This document shows, piece by piece, positions 46,190 through 55,220 of a stretch of 63,199 nt of DNA; positions within the stretch are counted from its first letter, which is position 1, and each line of letters starts with the position of its first letter. Source of the DNA: a virus (Duplodnaviria > Caudoviricetes). The DNA lies in IMG/VR virus record IMGVR_UViG_3300044484_000087, positions 1 through 63,199 of that record. One strand, given 5' to 3'. Both the position numbers and the translations under genes were made by a program. The notes beneath the pieces are model-generated. The model was not told where the DNA came from and made no database searches. It worked only from the letters and a program-made list of their open reading frames with translations.

Positions 46190-46254
46190 GCGAGGCTGAC
46201 TTAGGACGATAGGAGCCATAGGCGGAGCGGCCCGATGGCAGGAGTCAGCCTCGC
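46190..46254. promoter_or_regulatory. 12-bp inverted repeat in the leader of the MTase-GT2-TPR gene
   Basis: GCGAGGCTGACT (46190-46201) / AGTCAGCCTCGC (46243-46254). Confidence 0.65.
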
Positions 46255-46267
46255 ACAGCAGGAGCGA

Positions 46268-46735
46268 TCAACGCTTGTGATCGGGGGCGCGGCGGGGCTT
46301 GGCGCGGACTTTCGAGCGGGACTTGAGCACACTTTCCAACGCGCTGTCGCCGTTGATGTGCTTGGAGATGTACGTCTGCCCGTCCGCGCTCTTGCTCACG
46401 GCGGTCATCGACTTGGGCTGGTACGTCGTGACGCGCTCGACTTCCACGACGTCACCAAACTTGAACGTCCCGTCCTTGTCTCTGTCGAACTTGACGGCGT
46501 AGTAGCCGTACTGGTTGGCGGCCCCCGTCTTGGAGCGGTACACATCGAACACGGCCACGTTGCTCATGACTTCGGCCATGTAGCAGCCGTCCTTGTCCTT
46601 GACCAGATTCAGCTTCTGGTACAAGTATTCCCGACCCTTGCCGGAAAGGGCGCTCGTGAACTGCGCCAGCGTTTCGCCTTTCATCAAGTCGATGGACTTG
46701 GTCACGATGACGTCCATGGTCGTGGTCTCGCTCAT
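46268..46735 (-). CDS. Hypothetical protein, possible processed head protein
   Basis: RBS GAGGTGA; strong codon bias; VTKS, VSKS and VLKS motifs. Confidence 0.65.
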   Translation of the reverse strand: MSETTTMDVIVTKSIDLMKGETLAQFTSALSGKGREYLYQKLNLVKDKDGCYMAEVMSNVAVFDVYRSKTGAANQYGYYAVKFDRDKDGTFKFGDVVEVERVTTYQPKSMTAVSKSADGQTYISKHINGDSALESVLKSRSKVRAKPRRAPDHKR

Positions 46736-46773
46736 TTCATCACCTCGATTCAGAGATACTACGCTTGTGTTGG

Positions 46774-47202
46774 TTAGGGGCGGAACCGACGCTTTCCAAC
46801 CTTGGATATGGTGATACGCGCCGATGGTTGGGAACGATGTACCATCAGCACCAAACGAACATCATCGGCGTACAGCACCAAACGCCAGCCGCCCTTCACG
46901 CTCCCACTTTCGGCCACCGTATCAATCTCGTATTCGATGACACGGAAGTCCTGTGGCCTTGTGACGCTGTACTGTACGCCGATTTGTCCGGCCGCCTTGG
47001 CCCCGCACTCCGTACATCGCGCGCGGGTTTCGTTCTGGCCAACGATAGAGATTCCAGTTATGGACGACTGGAACCTCTGTGACTTCAGACGTTCAATCCA
47101 AGCGTCGGCTTCCGCTTGGTCTGTGAAGTCGATGCGATGGGTTTGCCCATCGGATGTATGAATCTTGATCAAGTCGGCCCTTTCAGGGCCGAACCAGTCC
47201 AA
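46774..47202 (-). CDS. Hypothetical protein (CxxC)
   Basis: Fills the gap on the coding strand; start uncertain. Confidence 0.5.
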   Translation of the reverse strand: MDWFGPERADLIKIHTSDGQTHRIDFTDQAEADAWIERLKSQRFQSSITGISIVGQNETRARCTECGAKAAGQIGVQYSVTRPQDFRVIEYEIDTVAESGSVKGGWRLVLYADDVRLVLMVHRSQPSARITISKVGKRRFRP

Positions 47203-47220
47203 CCAGACGCCGACCCAAGG

Positions 47221-47547
47221 TCACTTCTTGGTCTTGGACGGCCGTTCGGCTTCCTGTGCCTCGGGCTCCGCCGGGCGAACGGTCGGGGCCGGAGCAGGCT
47301 GCTCGGATGGCTGCGGCAGGACGCGACTCTTGACCTTGGGATAGAAGCGCTGGATGTGAGCCAGCTCGGCCGCAGTGATGGACTTCACAGATCCAGGCTG
47401 GAGGTGGAGTGCACCGGTGCATGAACGCTCCCCGAAGGGCACGGGCTGCTTCTTGTCATCGAGCAGCGCGCGACCGTTGGGAGCGATTTGGAACGCGGGG
47501 AACTCAACCTGGCAGGGCTCGCCTACCGAAAACTGGACCGTGAGCAT
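47221..47547 (-). CDS. Hypothetical protein
   Basis: RBS GAGGAGG. Confidence 0.6.
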   Translation of the reverse strand: MLTVQFSVGEPCQVEFPAFQIAPNGRALLDDKKQPVPFGERSCTGALHLQPGSVKSITAAELAHIQRFYPKVKSRVLPQPSEQPAPAPTVRPAEPEAQEAERPSKTKK

Positions 47548-47558
47548 ACGCAGCCTCC

Positions 47559-47936
47559 TCAGTCTTGGCTATCTTCCGCCTGGGCCTTCAGGATGGCCTC
47601 GATCATCGCGGACTTCTTGGGCTCGCCATCCGACAAGTCCAGCGCGAAACGCTCCGCCGCCAACTTCACGAGCGCCGACTTGCTCATGCCACTGAGCTCC
47701 TGCTCGGTGAGCGGGGATTCGTCGTCATCTTCGGGCTCCGCCGCGGGCGGGGGCGCCGCCTTGGGCGGCTTGGGCGGCTCGACCGGACGCAAGAACGTCA
47801 CGGTGAACTCGGGCTGGGCCTGGAAGTAGGCGATGTCCGAATCGTTGTCGATCACGGCGGGCTGCCCGCGCTTGAACGTGCGACCCCGGGCCGTGTAGGT
47901 TTCGGACTTGCGAAGCTCGATGCGTGCCTTTGCCAT
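47559..47936 (-). CDS. Small head-associated protein with C-terminal Rho-N/HeH-like domain
   Basis: LSGMSKSALVKLA...KKSAMIEAIL; directly after the MCP; RBS GGGAGA. Confidence 0.65.
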   Translation of the reverse strand: MAKARIELRKSETYTARGRTFKRGQPAVIDNDSDIAYFQAQPEFTVTFLRPVEPPKPPKAAPPPAAEPEDDDESPLTEQELSGMSKSALVKLAAERFALDLSDGEPKKSAMIEAILKAQAEDSQD

Positions 47937-48016
47937 CTTGTGTCTCCCTGTTCAACCAATCAATGGCGCCGTTTCAACCCGCCTCGTGGCGTAGCCACAG
48001 GCTTCTGACGCCTTCA

Positions 48017-48044
48017 CCCCGCTACCGTTGGGACGATAGCGGGG
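48017..48044 (-). terminator. Hairpin downstream of MCP without a U-tract (terminator or mRNA stabiliser)
   Basis: Minus strand CCCCGCTATCGT-CCCA-ACGGTAGCGGGG. Confidence 0.45.
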
Positions 48045-48073
48045 CAAAGACAGAATCGCTACTGGAAAGTAGC

Positions 48074-49273
48074 TTACACGCCGTCGCCGATGTTCTTGAC
48101 CTTGGTGATGGCCGTCAGTTCCTCGAACTGGACCGACACCTTGGCGGTGATGGCGTACTGGTTGACGCCCTTGTAGATGTCACGGTCCTTTTCGATGCGG
48201 ATGTCCCGACCGATACCGATGATCATGTTGTTCTGGTGCGTCAGGAGCAGCTGCGGGTTGGCGTTGTACGTCACCTTCACGGTGTCGCCGCTGCCGATGG
48301 TGCTGCCGCCCGTCCGCGCGATGGTCCCCGCGGTCGCATCCAAAACGTAGTCCGTGCTGGAGCTGTACGGGGTGGTCGGGATGCCAGCCAGCGTGCTCGG
48401 AGTCACGACCACGTTCTGGACGGGGCCGTTCTTGAGCGCGGTGGGCGTGGTGCCCGTGAGCACGATGTGCTCGGTGATGCTCGGCAGGAACTCCCACAGG
48501 GGGACCGGCACAGCGGTGATACCGAAGGGGCCGGGCATCCCGCCGCCGCCTCGCGCAGCATCGTCGCCCAGCATCGTGGCGCGCGTTGCCAGCTTCTCCA
48601 GGTAGAGCTGCCACAAGTCGGGCGACATGAACCAACGCAGGTTGGAACGATTCCGCCGGAACTTGGTGGGCAGAGCCCGGATGGCCTTGGAGAACACGCT
48701 CAGACCGATGTTCTGGCCTTCCGCGTCCACGACGTTCGCCCCGTCACCGAGCAGACTCCAGCCGTCCTGCAGAGCCAGGTACGTGTCCTTCACGTACTGG
48801 GTGCTGGAACCGCCTTCGATCAGGTCGGATTCGAGGATGGCCGGCCCCAGCTTGTTGCCGTTGATGTACAGGTCTTCCAGGTCGTTGGCGAGCTGCGTGG
48901 CCATCAGGCGGATGATGGTCTCTTCGACCATGTCGCCTTCGATGTTGAGCTCACGGAAGTTGTCGCCAATCTCGAAAGGCACCATGATTTCGCTCGGGGT
49001 GAGCGAAATCTTGGACGTGGAGATGCCGCGGCGAACCTGCGGGTCCACAGCCTCCCTCTTGGGCACCGCGACGCGCTTGCCGACACCAATCTTGTCGATG
49101 TCCAGCGACTCGTTGCGGAACCGAACGACGCGCGCGTTGTCCGTCAGCACCGTCTCATCGATGACGAAATCGATGAAGCGGTCGGACTGCGCAGGGTTCA
49201 GCTTGCCTGCGGCGGCCAGGTCGTCGGCAACGATGGTTGCCTTCCTGACCAGTTCCTCGTTGGTGACACTCAT
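48074..49273 (-). CDS. Major capsid protein (HK97 fold, XkdG-like)
   Basis: GKLNPAQSDRFID, NIEG, DLEDLYING, GW, ALP.KFR, N..IGI.RDIRIE; follows the scaffold gene. Confidence 0.92.
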   Translation of the reverse strand: MSVTNEELVRKATIVADDLAAAGKLNPAQSDRFIDFVIDETVLTDNARVVRFRNESLDIDKIGVGKRVAVPKREAVDPQVRRGISTSKISLTPSEIMVPFEIGDNFRELNIEGDMVEETIIRLMATQLANDLEDLYINGNKLGPAILESDLIEGGSSTQYVKDTYLALQDGWSLLGDGANVVDAEGQNIGLSVFSKAIRALPTKFRRNRSNLRWFMSPDLWQLYLEKLATRATMLGDDAARGGGGMPGPFGITAVPVPLWEFLPSITEHIVLTGTTPTALKNGPVQNVVVTPSTLAGIPTTPYSSSTDYVLDATAGTIARTGGSTIGSGDTVKVTYNANPQLLLTHQNNMIIGIGRDIRIEKDRDIYKGVNQYAITAKVSVQFEELTAITKVKNIGDGV

Positions 49274-49323
49274 TTCTCATTTCCTCCTTGGATTGGAACC
49301 GGGCTCGGATGGACCGGCCAGAA

Positions 49324-50157
49324 CTACAGAAGCCCCGACCACAGGGACTTCTGGGTCTTGGTCTGGGGCTGATCGTCGCCCGCCGACTGGCTGGCGGGGC
49401 GTGCCTTCTCGATGGTCTCCAGGCGCTTGGAGATGGCCGACAGCTGCTCGATCACGGCCGCGTTCCCCTTGAACGTGGTCGCCAGCTCTTCCACCTTCTT
49501 GGTGATGCCCGCCATCGCTTCCTCGATGGCCTTGGTCACGCTGGCGTCGCCACTCGACAGCGCCGCGCGAGTGGTGTTGGGGTTGCCGTGGCGCTCCACC
49601 TGGGGCACCGTGCTCTTGGGCGACTCCCCGGTCGGGATCACGTCCATCATCAGCTTCTGCAGCTGCGCGATGGCGTCCTGGAGCTTGGCGATGCGTTCGG
49701 CGGTGAACGTCTTGGCCTTCTCCACCTCGGCATCCGGAGCGCTCTGGCCCGCGTCGTAGGCGGACATGGCGCGCGTGAGCGCATCGCCGCTCATGCCGGC
49801 GCTCTTGAAGGTTTCCTCCACCTTCTCACGCGCCGACTTCTCCACCGGCGCGGCCGGCGTTTCGGTCTTGGGGGCGTCCGCGGGGATGCCCGCGGCCTTG
49901 GCGATGCTGTCCACGAGCTGGGTCACCTGCTCCATGGCCTTCTGCACCGCATCGCCCTCCGCCTTGGACACATCCACCGACACGCGAACGGCCCCGCCGT
50001 TCTCGCCCGTGGTGGCACCGCTCGTGTTCGCTCCGCTCATGTCATCCTCCATCTGCCGTTTGGCGACCAAAAACTCGCACTCATTCGCAGGAGTGTCCAC
50101 AACGGAAACTTCTCCAACGGTGAGGTCTAAAAATCGCCGCTTTGCTTGCTTAGGCAA
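49324..50157 (-). CDS. Capsid scaffolding protein carrying an N-terminal protease segment
   Basis: N-terminal DLTVGEVSVVDTPAN...F.VAK; helical body; C-terminal SLWSGLL. Internal ATG 50040 with GGAGG. Confidence 0.75.
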   Translation of the reverse strand: MPKQAKRRFLDLTVGEVSVVDTPANECEFLVAKRQMEDDMSGANTSGATTGENGGAVRVSVDVSKAEGDAVQKAMEQVTQLVDSIAKAAGIPADAPKTETPAAPVEKSAREKVEETFKSAGMSGDALTRAMSAYDAGQSAPDAEVEKAKTFTAERIAKLQDAIAQLQKLMMDVIPTGESPKSTVPQVERHGNPNTTRAALSSGDASVTKAIEEAMAGITKKVEELATTFKGNAAVIEQLSAISKRLETIEKARPASQSAGDDQPQTKTQKSLWSGLL

Positions 50158-50160
50158 AAC

Positions 50161-50775
50161 TTACTCTCCATCCAGACTCTTGACTTTGGCCTTCCCCCCG
50201 ATGGAAAAGCCTGTCAGCTTGCCGCTCTTGACGGCGTCCCAAATCTTGGACTCCAGGACTTTCACGACCATGATCCAAGTTCCCGCCTTGATCACGCGCG
50301 AACCGATGGACATGTCGGATGGCGCGATGTACGACTGGCGCAACTCGAAACGGCGGTTGAACTCCTTGTGCATGAATCCAAGCTTGGTAGAGCGATTGAA
50401 TCCTGCAAGAAAGTCGCCTGCGGCCTTTTCGATCACCTCTGCCGAAATGATGTCGCCTTGGGCATCCACAGTTTCCGGAGCCAAGACCACGCCTGTGATC
50501 TCCTGGCGCTCTCCGTCTGTCTTCAAGATGGGGACGTAGAACTTGATATCATCCGACTTTTCCACGCCCGCTACGTCGTCAGCGTCTTGAAGCTCGTTGT
50601 CCGGGTTGATTCCGGAGCCGCCGGGCAAGCCTTGGGCCGCGTGCGTCTTTCCTCCCGACTCCAGGGAGGCGCTCAAGATGGCGCCTGCTTTCTGCGCATC
50701 CAACGTGAACGCGAGCTTGTAGGCGTCGAACAGCCCTTGCAGACTTGTCCTCAACCGCTCGGAGTTGGAAGCCAT
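50161..50775 (-). CDS. Prohead protease, XkdF-like (peptidase S78_2)
   Basis: ITGVVLAPETVDAQGD....IEKAA..F, MH, SY, GTW, W..VKSG.LTGFSIGG.A. Confidence 0.88.
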   Translation of the reverse strand: MASNSERLRTSLQGLFDAYKLAFTLDAQKAGAILSASLESGGKTHAAQGLPGGSGINPDNELQDADDVAGVEKSDDIKFYVPILKTDGERQEITGVVLAPETVDAQGDIISAEVIEKAAGDFLAGFNRSTKLGFMHKEFNRRFELRQSYIAPSDMSIGSRVIKAGTWIMVVKVLESKIWDAVKSGKLTGFSIGGKAKVKSLDGE

Positions 50776-50809
50776 CGCCCAAAAGAATAAAGCGAGGGCG
50801 GGGCGGGAG

Positions 50810-51919
50810 CTAGTCTGTGAGCTGATCGTAACTCAAGGTTTCCCTTGAGATGTCCACCGTGGTGCGACACCTGAAGTGAAACGGCGGCAGTAGAACGCCT
50901 GCGTCAGCCAGCGCTTGGGAGTCTTGTGCGCTCTGCTGTCCTGGCTTCGGTGAAATCTCCAGTATTTCCCCGTATGACAACCAAGGGTGTGCCTGCTTGT
51001 ATTCCTCGGGCGTGGATGCCTCTGCCACCTCGCCCAGATGTGATGCTGCGTCGGCCACGGTGAAAATCTTGCCGTTCAAGTGTGCGCAGATTTCCGATGT
51101 TCGATCATCCATCGGATTCACCAATTCATACTTGGTGATGCCGATTTCCATGAACGAACGTATCTGCCCCAAGGAACGGGCGTTGGTTGCGGCGTTCGCT
51201 GCCAAGCCTTCAAAGTACTGCTTGTCCGTCCCCCGGAACCCTCCGGGACGCCCCACGTGGGATAGCGATTCCCGAACGGCTTTCATCATGGCTGCGGCCG
51301 CTTCACGCCTGCCAAGGCCCGCAGCTTGAACAGCCGCGGCAACCTCGCGTACCGTAGCAGACACGTTGCTATCATAGTGCCGACCAATCCAAATCAACTG
51401 CTCTTCTTGGAGGGCCCGTATGGTGCGCTCATCGACCAAATCGAACGTAGGCTCTGCGGCAACCTCTTCATCGCCCTTGGCTTTGGTAACATCCAACTCC
51501 TTCAACATAGCGCTTGTATATTGAAGAGACAGCTTGGACTGCCCCGTGGCTTTCTTGTGCCCGGCGAGTCTAGCAAGCTTGTAGATTTTACGCATGGCCG
51601 CGCGCATCGGGCGATACATATCAGATTGCCACTTGGCCATCACATCGCGCACCTCGGCGGCGATGGTTGTGGCTGTCTTTCCGCGCCGGGCGAGGGCGCC
51701 CGCGCGTAGCTCTGCTTGCGCGGCTCGTTGCCTCCAAGAGGCAAGCAACAGCTCCTGCAGCCTTGCCTCGGCCTTGGCAATCTGCGCCACCTCGGATAGC
51801 ACGAGCGCTTTGGCCACCAACGCGTCACCGTTGGAAACCAGCAAATACATTGCCTCCAGCTCACGCGCGCAGGCTTCGCACTGCACTTCGATTAGCTGGT
51901 CTGTGTGCTCTCGCGCCAC
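50810..51919 (-). CDS. Minor head protein (Mu gpF/SPP1 gp7 family)
   Basis: DDRTSEIC.HLNG.IF...LPPFHFRCRT. Confidence 0.88.
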   Translation of the reverse strand: MAREHTDQLIEVQCEACARELEAMYLLVSNGDALVAKALVLSEVAQIAKAEARLQELLLASWRQRAAQAELRAGALARRGKTATTIAAEVRDVMAKWQSDMYRPMRAAMRKIYKLARLAGHKKATGQSKLSLQYTSAMLKELDVTKAKGDEEVAAEPTFDLVDERTIRALQEEQLIWIGRHYDSNVSATVREVAAAVQAAGLGRREAAAAMMKAVRESLSHVGRPGGFRGTDKQYFEGLAANAATNARSLGQIRSFMEIGITKYELVNPMDDRTSEICAHLNGKIFTVADAASHLGEVAEASTPEEYKQAHPWLSYGEILEISPKPGQQSAQDSQALADAGVLLPPFHFRCRTTVDISRETLSYDQLTD

Positions 51920-53730
51920 AGCTTTTCCACCTTGCGGTTCAACGCCAGAACCAAGGCTGCGGCACGTGACATCGACTCGTCTTCAGCTTCGGCACCAGCT
52001 TCCTCATCGTCCTCAAGCAACGATTTCAGAATCTTGATGGCCGTAACAGATTGTCCAGGCTCCGCAGGCTCCGGGGCCAAGTTCTTTACGGCCTCAGCCA
52101 TCGTCAAGCTGAACGGCACATCGGCCGGGAACCATTCGGGGAAGCCGGGCACGGGCTGGCCCAAGATGTCTTCCATGATCGCGCGGCTGATGGCGGGCGT
52201 CATGCCGCCCGTCTTTTCGGAGCCCGCGAGAATCTTGACCAGTTGGGCGTTGTCGGTGGTGTTGGGCGTGTTCGACTTGTACTTGTGGTACACGATGCCC
52301 ATCTCGGGGAAAATGAGACGATTCATCATCTCATCGAAGATCATCCGCTCCGGGGCGAAAATCTGTTCATCGGCCAAACGCCGGGACGACTCCGCCGTGG
52401 ATTGTGTGTAATCCTCAGAGCGTCCCACGAAGATGGGAGGCAAGCGGAACGCTCGGCGCACCTTGTCCTGGTTGTTGGAGCTGTAGTTCTGGAACAGGGC
52501 ATCCTTGTGCTGATCGGCCGTCAGAGGCTTGATCTCGACCTTGAACTGCCCTCCATCATCGCCTTCATCAGAAATGGGCTCGCCTTCGATGATGAGAAAC
52601 TTGCTGTAGTTGTCGGAGCCTTGGACCTGTGACTCCACGAAACTTTCGATGCGCTCGATGGTGCCTTCCGTCAACTGCCCGTTGGAGACCAACACAGCCA
52701 TCGAAGGGATGTTGTTGTTCCTGAACGTCACATAGTTGATCTCTTCAGCAGCGCGGTCGCCAAAGATGGAGAGCAAGTTGCCGATGAAACGCGGCATACC
52801 GTAAGGGCTGCGCGGGCTGTACAGCCTTTGGTGGATGACTTCGGTGGCCTTCCGTTCCACCGGCGTGGATGCAACTTCGGCCGCCGGTATCGGGTCGCCT
52901 GTATCTGCGAAGTATTCCTGCGGGTCGCCAAACTCCTTGAACCACCGCACCTTGTGCCCCTGGACTGTGGAACGCAAGCCTTGGCTTGAGATGAAACGCG
53001 ACTGCACATAGCGCCGGAAACGCCGCCACTCCTTGACGGTCGCCACCTTGACAGAGCCATCGACTTGAAGCTCCAAAATCTTTCGATTCACCAAGCGCGG
53101 ATCATCGTCAAGACGCCCCAGGCGCACTTGGTAGGACGGGATGTGGGTGAAAGTCTGGACGCTGCCTTGGTTGTCTCGCACCACCTCGAAATAGCAATTG
53201 CCCGTGGTTTCCTTGTCCGTGCGCAACTTGCTTCGGAACTCAGGAAACGACTCTTGGGTGGCGTACATGAAGAAGTTTTGGAGTCTGACGTTCTCAGCCA
53301 GCGAGGCGTTCTTCAGCTCCTGTGTCGGCTCGTTTCCATCATCGGTTTTCTTGAGCTGCAAACGAGGGACGAATCTGTGCCCCGTGGCTTCGATGTTGGT
53401 CCCCATCGCCTCGATGCATTGCTGAAGCTCGCTGTTGTTCTCAGGCAGCGTCGCAAGCGTCAGCAAATCGAACGGCGGCTCAATCGTCAGCCCGCGACTC
53501 AGCAAGCTCGACAACGGGTCTTCACCGCCGACCTGGCTTGGATTCGGAGCGGCCCCGGGCGCCGTCGTCAACGCCTTGGACACGGGGGCGTCGCCGACAA
53601 CAAAGGCGCGGATTCTCCGCATAGCGTCCTTGTTGGCGGCGTTAGAATGGTCGCCTGCTTGTTTGTAGATGGGCACCACAGCGGCGGCAGGCGCTCGATT
53701 GCGGGCTCTGCGTGGGGGCTTGGCGCTCAT
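51892..53730 (-). CDS. Portal protein (PBSX family)
   Basis: IEPPFD...L, D.ETTGNCYFEVVR, HIPS, YGMP, F.NN.IP, KDA.F..Y, AFRLPPIFVG. Confidence 0.92.
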   Translation of the reverse strand: MSAKPPRRARNRAPAAAVVPIYKQAGDHSNAANKDAMRRIRAFVVGDAPVSKALTTAPGAAPNPSQVGGEDPLSSLLSRGLTIEPPFDLLTLATLPENNSELQQCIEAMGTNIEATGHRFVPRLQLKKTDDGNEPTQELKNASLAENVRLQNFFMYATQESFPEFRSKLRTDKETTGNCYFEVVRDNQGSVQTFTHIPSYQVRLGRLDDDPRLVNRKILELQVDGSVKVATVKEWRRFRRYVQSRFISSQGLRSTVQGHKVRWFKEFGDPQEYFADTGDPIPAAEVASTPVERKATEVIHQRLYSPRSPYGMPRFIGNLLSIFGDRAAEEINYVTFRNNNIPSMAVLVSNGQLTEGTIERIESFVESQVQGSDNYSKFLIIEGEPISDEGDDGGQFKVEIKPLTADQHKDALFQNYSSNNQDKVRRAFRLPPIFVGRSEDYTQSTAESSRRLADEQIFAPERMIFDEMMNRLIFPEMGIVYHKYKSNTPNTTDNAQLVKILAGSEKTGGMTPAISRAIMEDILGQPVPGFPEWFPADVPFSLTMAEAVKNLAPEPAEPGQSVTAIKILKSLLEDDEEAGAEAEDESMSRAAALVLALNRKVEKLWRESTQTS

Positions 53731-55220
53731 CAAATCACTCCGGGCTCGCGCTCGCGCTTGCGGCGCTTCTTGATCTTACTGGCCGTGATGGCCAAGTCGA
53801 AGGCGTCAAATAGATCATCGTGATCGTTGTTGGGGAACAACACCATGTGCTCCACCAACAAGTCGTGCTGCGTTTTCTTGAAGAAAACGCGCTTGTCTTC
53901 AAACAACGGCGACAGCTTCCAAGCGCGCGTCACCTTGTCTTTCTGCGTCTTGACGGGCTTGATCCGAACGTCGGGATCCAGCTCTTTGAGAACCTGCAAC
54001 TGTGCTTCTTGGTACTGTACAGTTTCCAAGCCGACACGAACTGGATCCCAACGTCGATAGAACTCCATGATTTTGGATGTTTGGGCGCTGAACCGCAATT
54101 GCCCTTCATAGTGGTCCAACACGTAATACCCAGTCCGGTCGGCCGTAATCCCGATGACCACGATGGCAAACTTGTCTGCTGTTTGCTTCTCAGAAATGGC
54201 CAAGTCCACGCCCATGAACACGCGCAAATCTTCCAAGGCCGGATAGTCCGAAGCCTGGACCATCTGGCAGTCGTCGTATTGGAAGATTTCGCCCTTCATC
54301 GCCTCGGTATCGCATTGATACTGGGCGTTGAAGATGATCAATCCAGCTTTCTTGCGCTTGCGCGCGAACCAGACAGCAGGGTACTTCTCGGGCCACGGAC
54401 TACGGCCGGATGAATCCAGCGCAGGGATGATCTGGTGTGCCTTGTCCATCTCATTCTCGATGAAATGGCCGTACAAATCCCCATAGTGGTAGCGCGTCCC
54501 TAGGTGGTGGTGCTCCCCTCTGTGCGGAACACGCACGTCCGGGGGCTCCAGAGTCGGGTCCAGCGTTTGGTAATACCAGCTGCGCGTCTTGTCACGCATG
54601 TACTGGGTTCGGCTGTTTTCTTCATCCACCAAGTCGTCAGACAGGATGACGTCATAGTGCTTGGAAACGATGGTGCCATCAACGCCAACGCAAGTGATCG
54701 ACGCTTCTTTGGCTGTGGATGTACGCGGCAAAACTTCGATTTCGCGCGAATCCCACTTGCGTATCTTCTTGGAGTCGTAGTATGGGCCGAACACCTCTTT
54801 CAAGCGTTCGTTGGACTCAAAGATGCCTTTGATCTCTTTGAGGAAACCCTCCGCGTTCTGTGCTGTCTTGGAAGCAATCAGAATGCGAAGATTGGGATTC
54901 TTCAACAGCAGGTGAACGGCTTTGGTGATCGTACAAGTGGTGGACTTGCCGGCCCCGCGGAACACCAACTGTAGATTCACGGGATGCAGGAATTGGAACT
55001 TCATCAACGCCAAATGGAATGGCTGAAGCTCCAACCCCAGGATGGCCACCGCCAGGATGTCGATGCGGTCGTTGTCCAGTATCTGCTTACGCAGCCACTC
55101 ATTCCCCAGATTGCGACAGTGCTGATAGTATGTCGCCAGCTCCGACCGTTCGGCGGTCTTGAGCTTCTTGTCAGTCAGACTTGGTACGGGCGACGACAAG
55201 CCTACAGCACCCCGCCCCAA
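53730..55220 (-). CDS. terL: Terminase large subunit
   Basis: Walker A FRGAGKS, Walker B ILSDD, GTRYH..DLYG, QYQC, GVDLA, FP..HDDLFDA. Confidence 0.95.
   Translation of the reverse strand: MGRGAVGLSSPVPSLTDKKLKTAERSELATYYQHCRNLGNEWLRKQILDNDRIDILAVAILGLELQPFHLALMKFQFLHPVNLQLVFRGAGKSTTCTITKAVHLLLKNPNLRILIASKTAQNAEGFLKEIKGIFESNERLKEVFGPYYDSKKIRKWDSREIEVLPRTSTAKEASITCVGVDGTIVSKHYDVILSDDLVDEENSRTQYMRDKTRSWYYQTLDPTLEPPDVRVPHRGEHHHLGTRYHYGDLYGHFIENEMDKAHQIIPALDSSGRSPWPEKYPAVWFARKRKKAGLIIFNAQYQCDTEAMKGEIFQYDDCQMVQASDYPALEDLRVFMGVDLAISEKQTADKFAIVVIGITADRTGYYVLDHYEGQLRFSAQTSKIMEFYRRWDPVRVGLETVQYQEAQLQVLKELDPDVRIKPVKTQKDKVTRAWKLSPLFEDKRVFFKKTQHDLLVEHMVLFPNNDHDDLFDAFDLAITASKIKKRRKREREPGVI

Noticed and set aside
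47940-48073. Possible tRNA or other ncRNA after the MCP
   Set aside because: Hairpins are present but I could not identify a cloverleaf, T-loop motif or other family signature.
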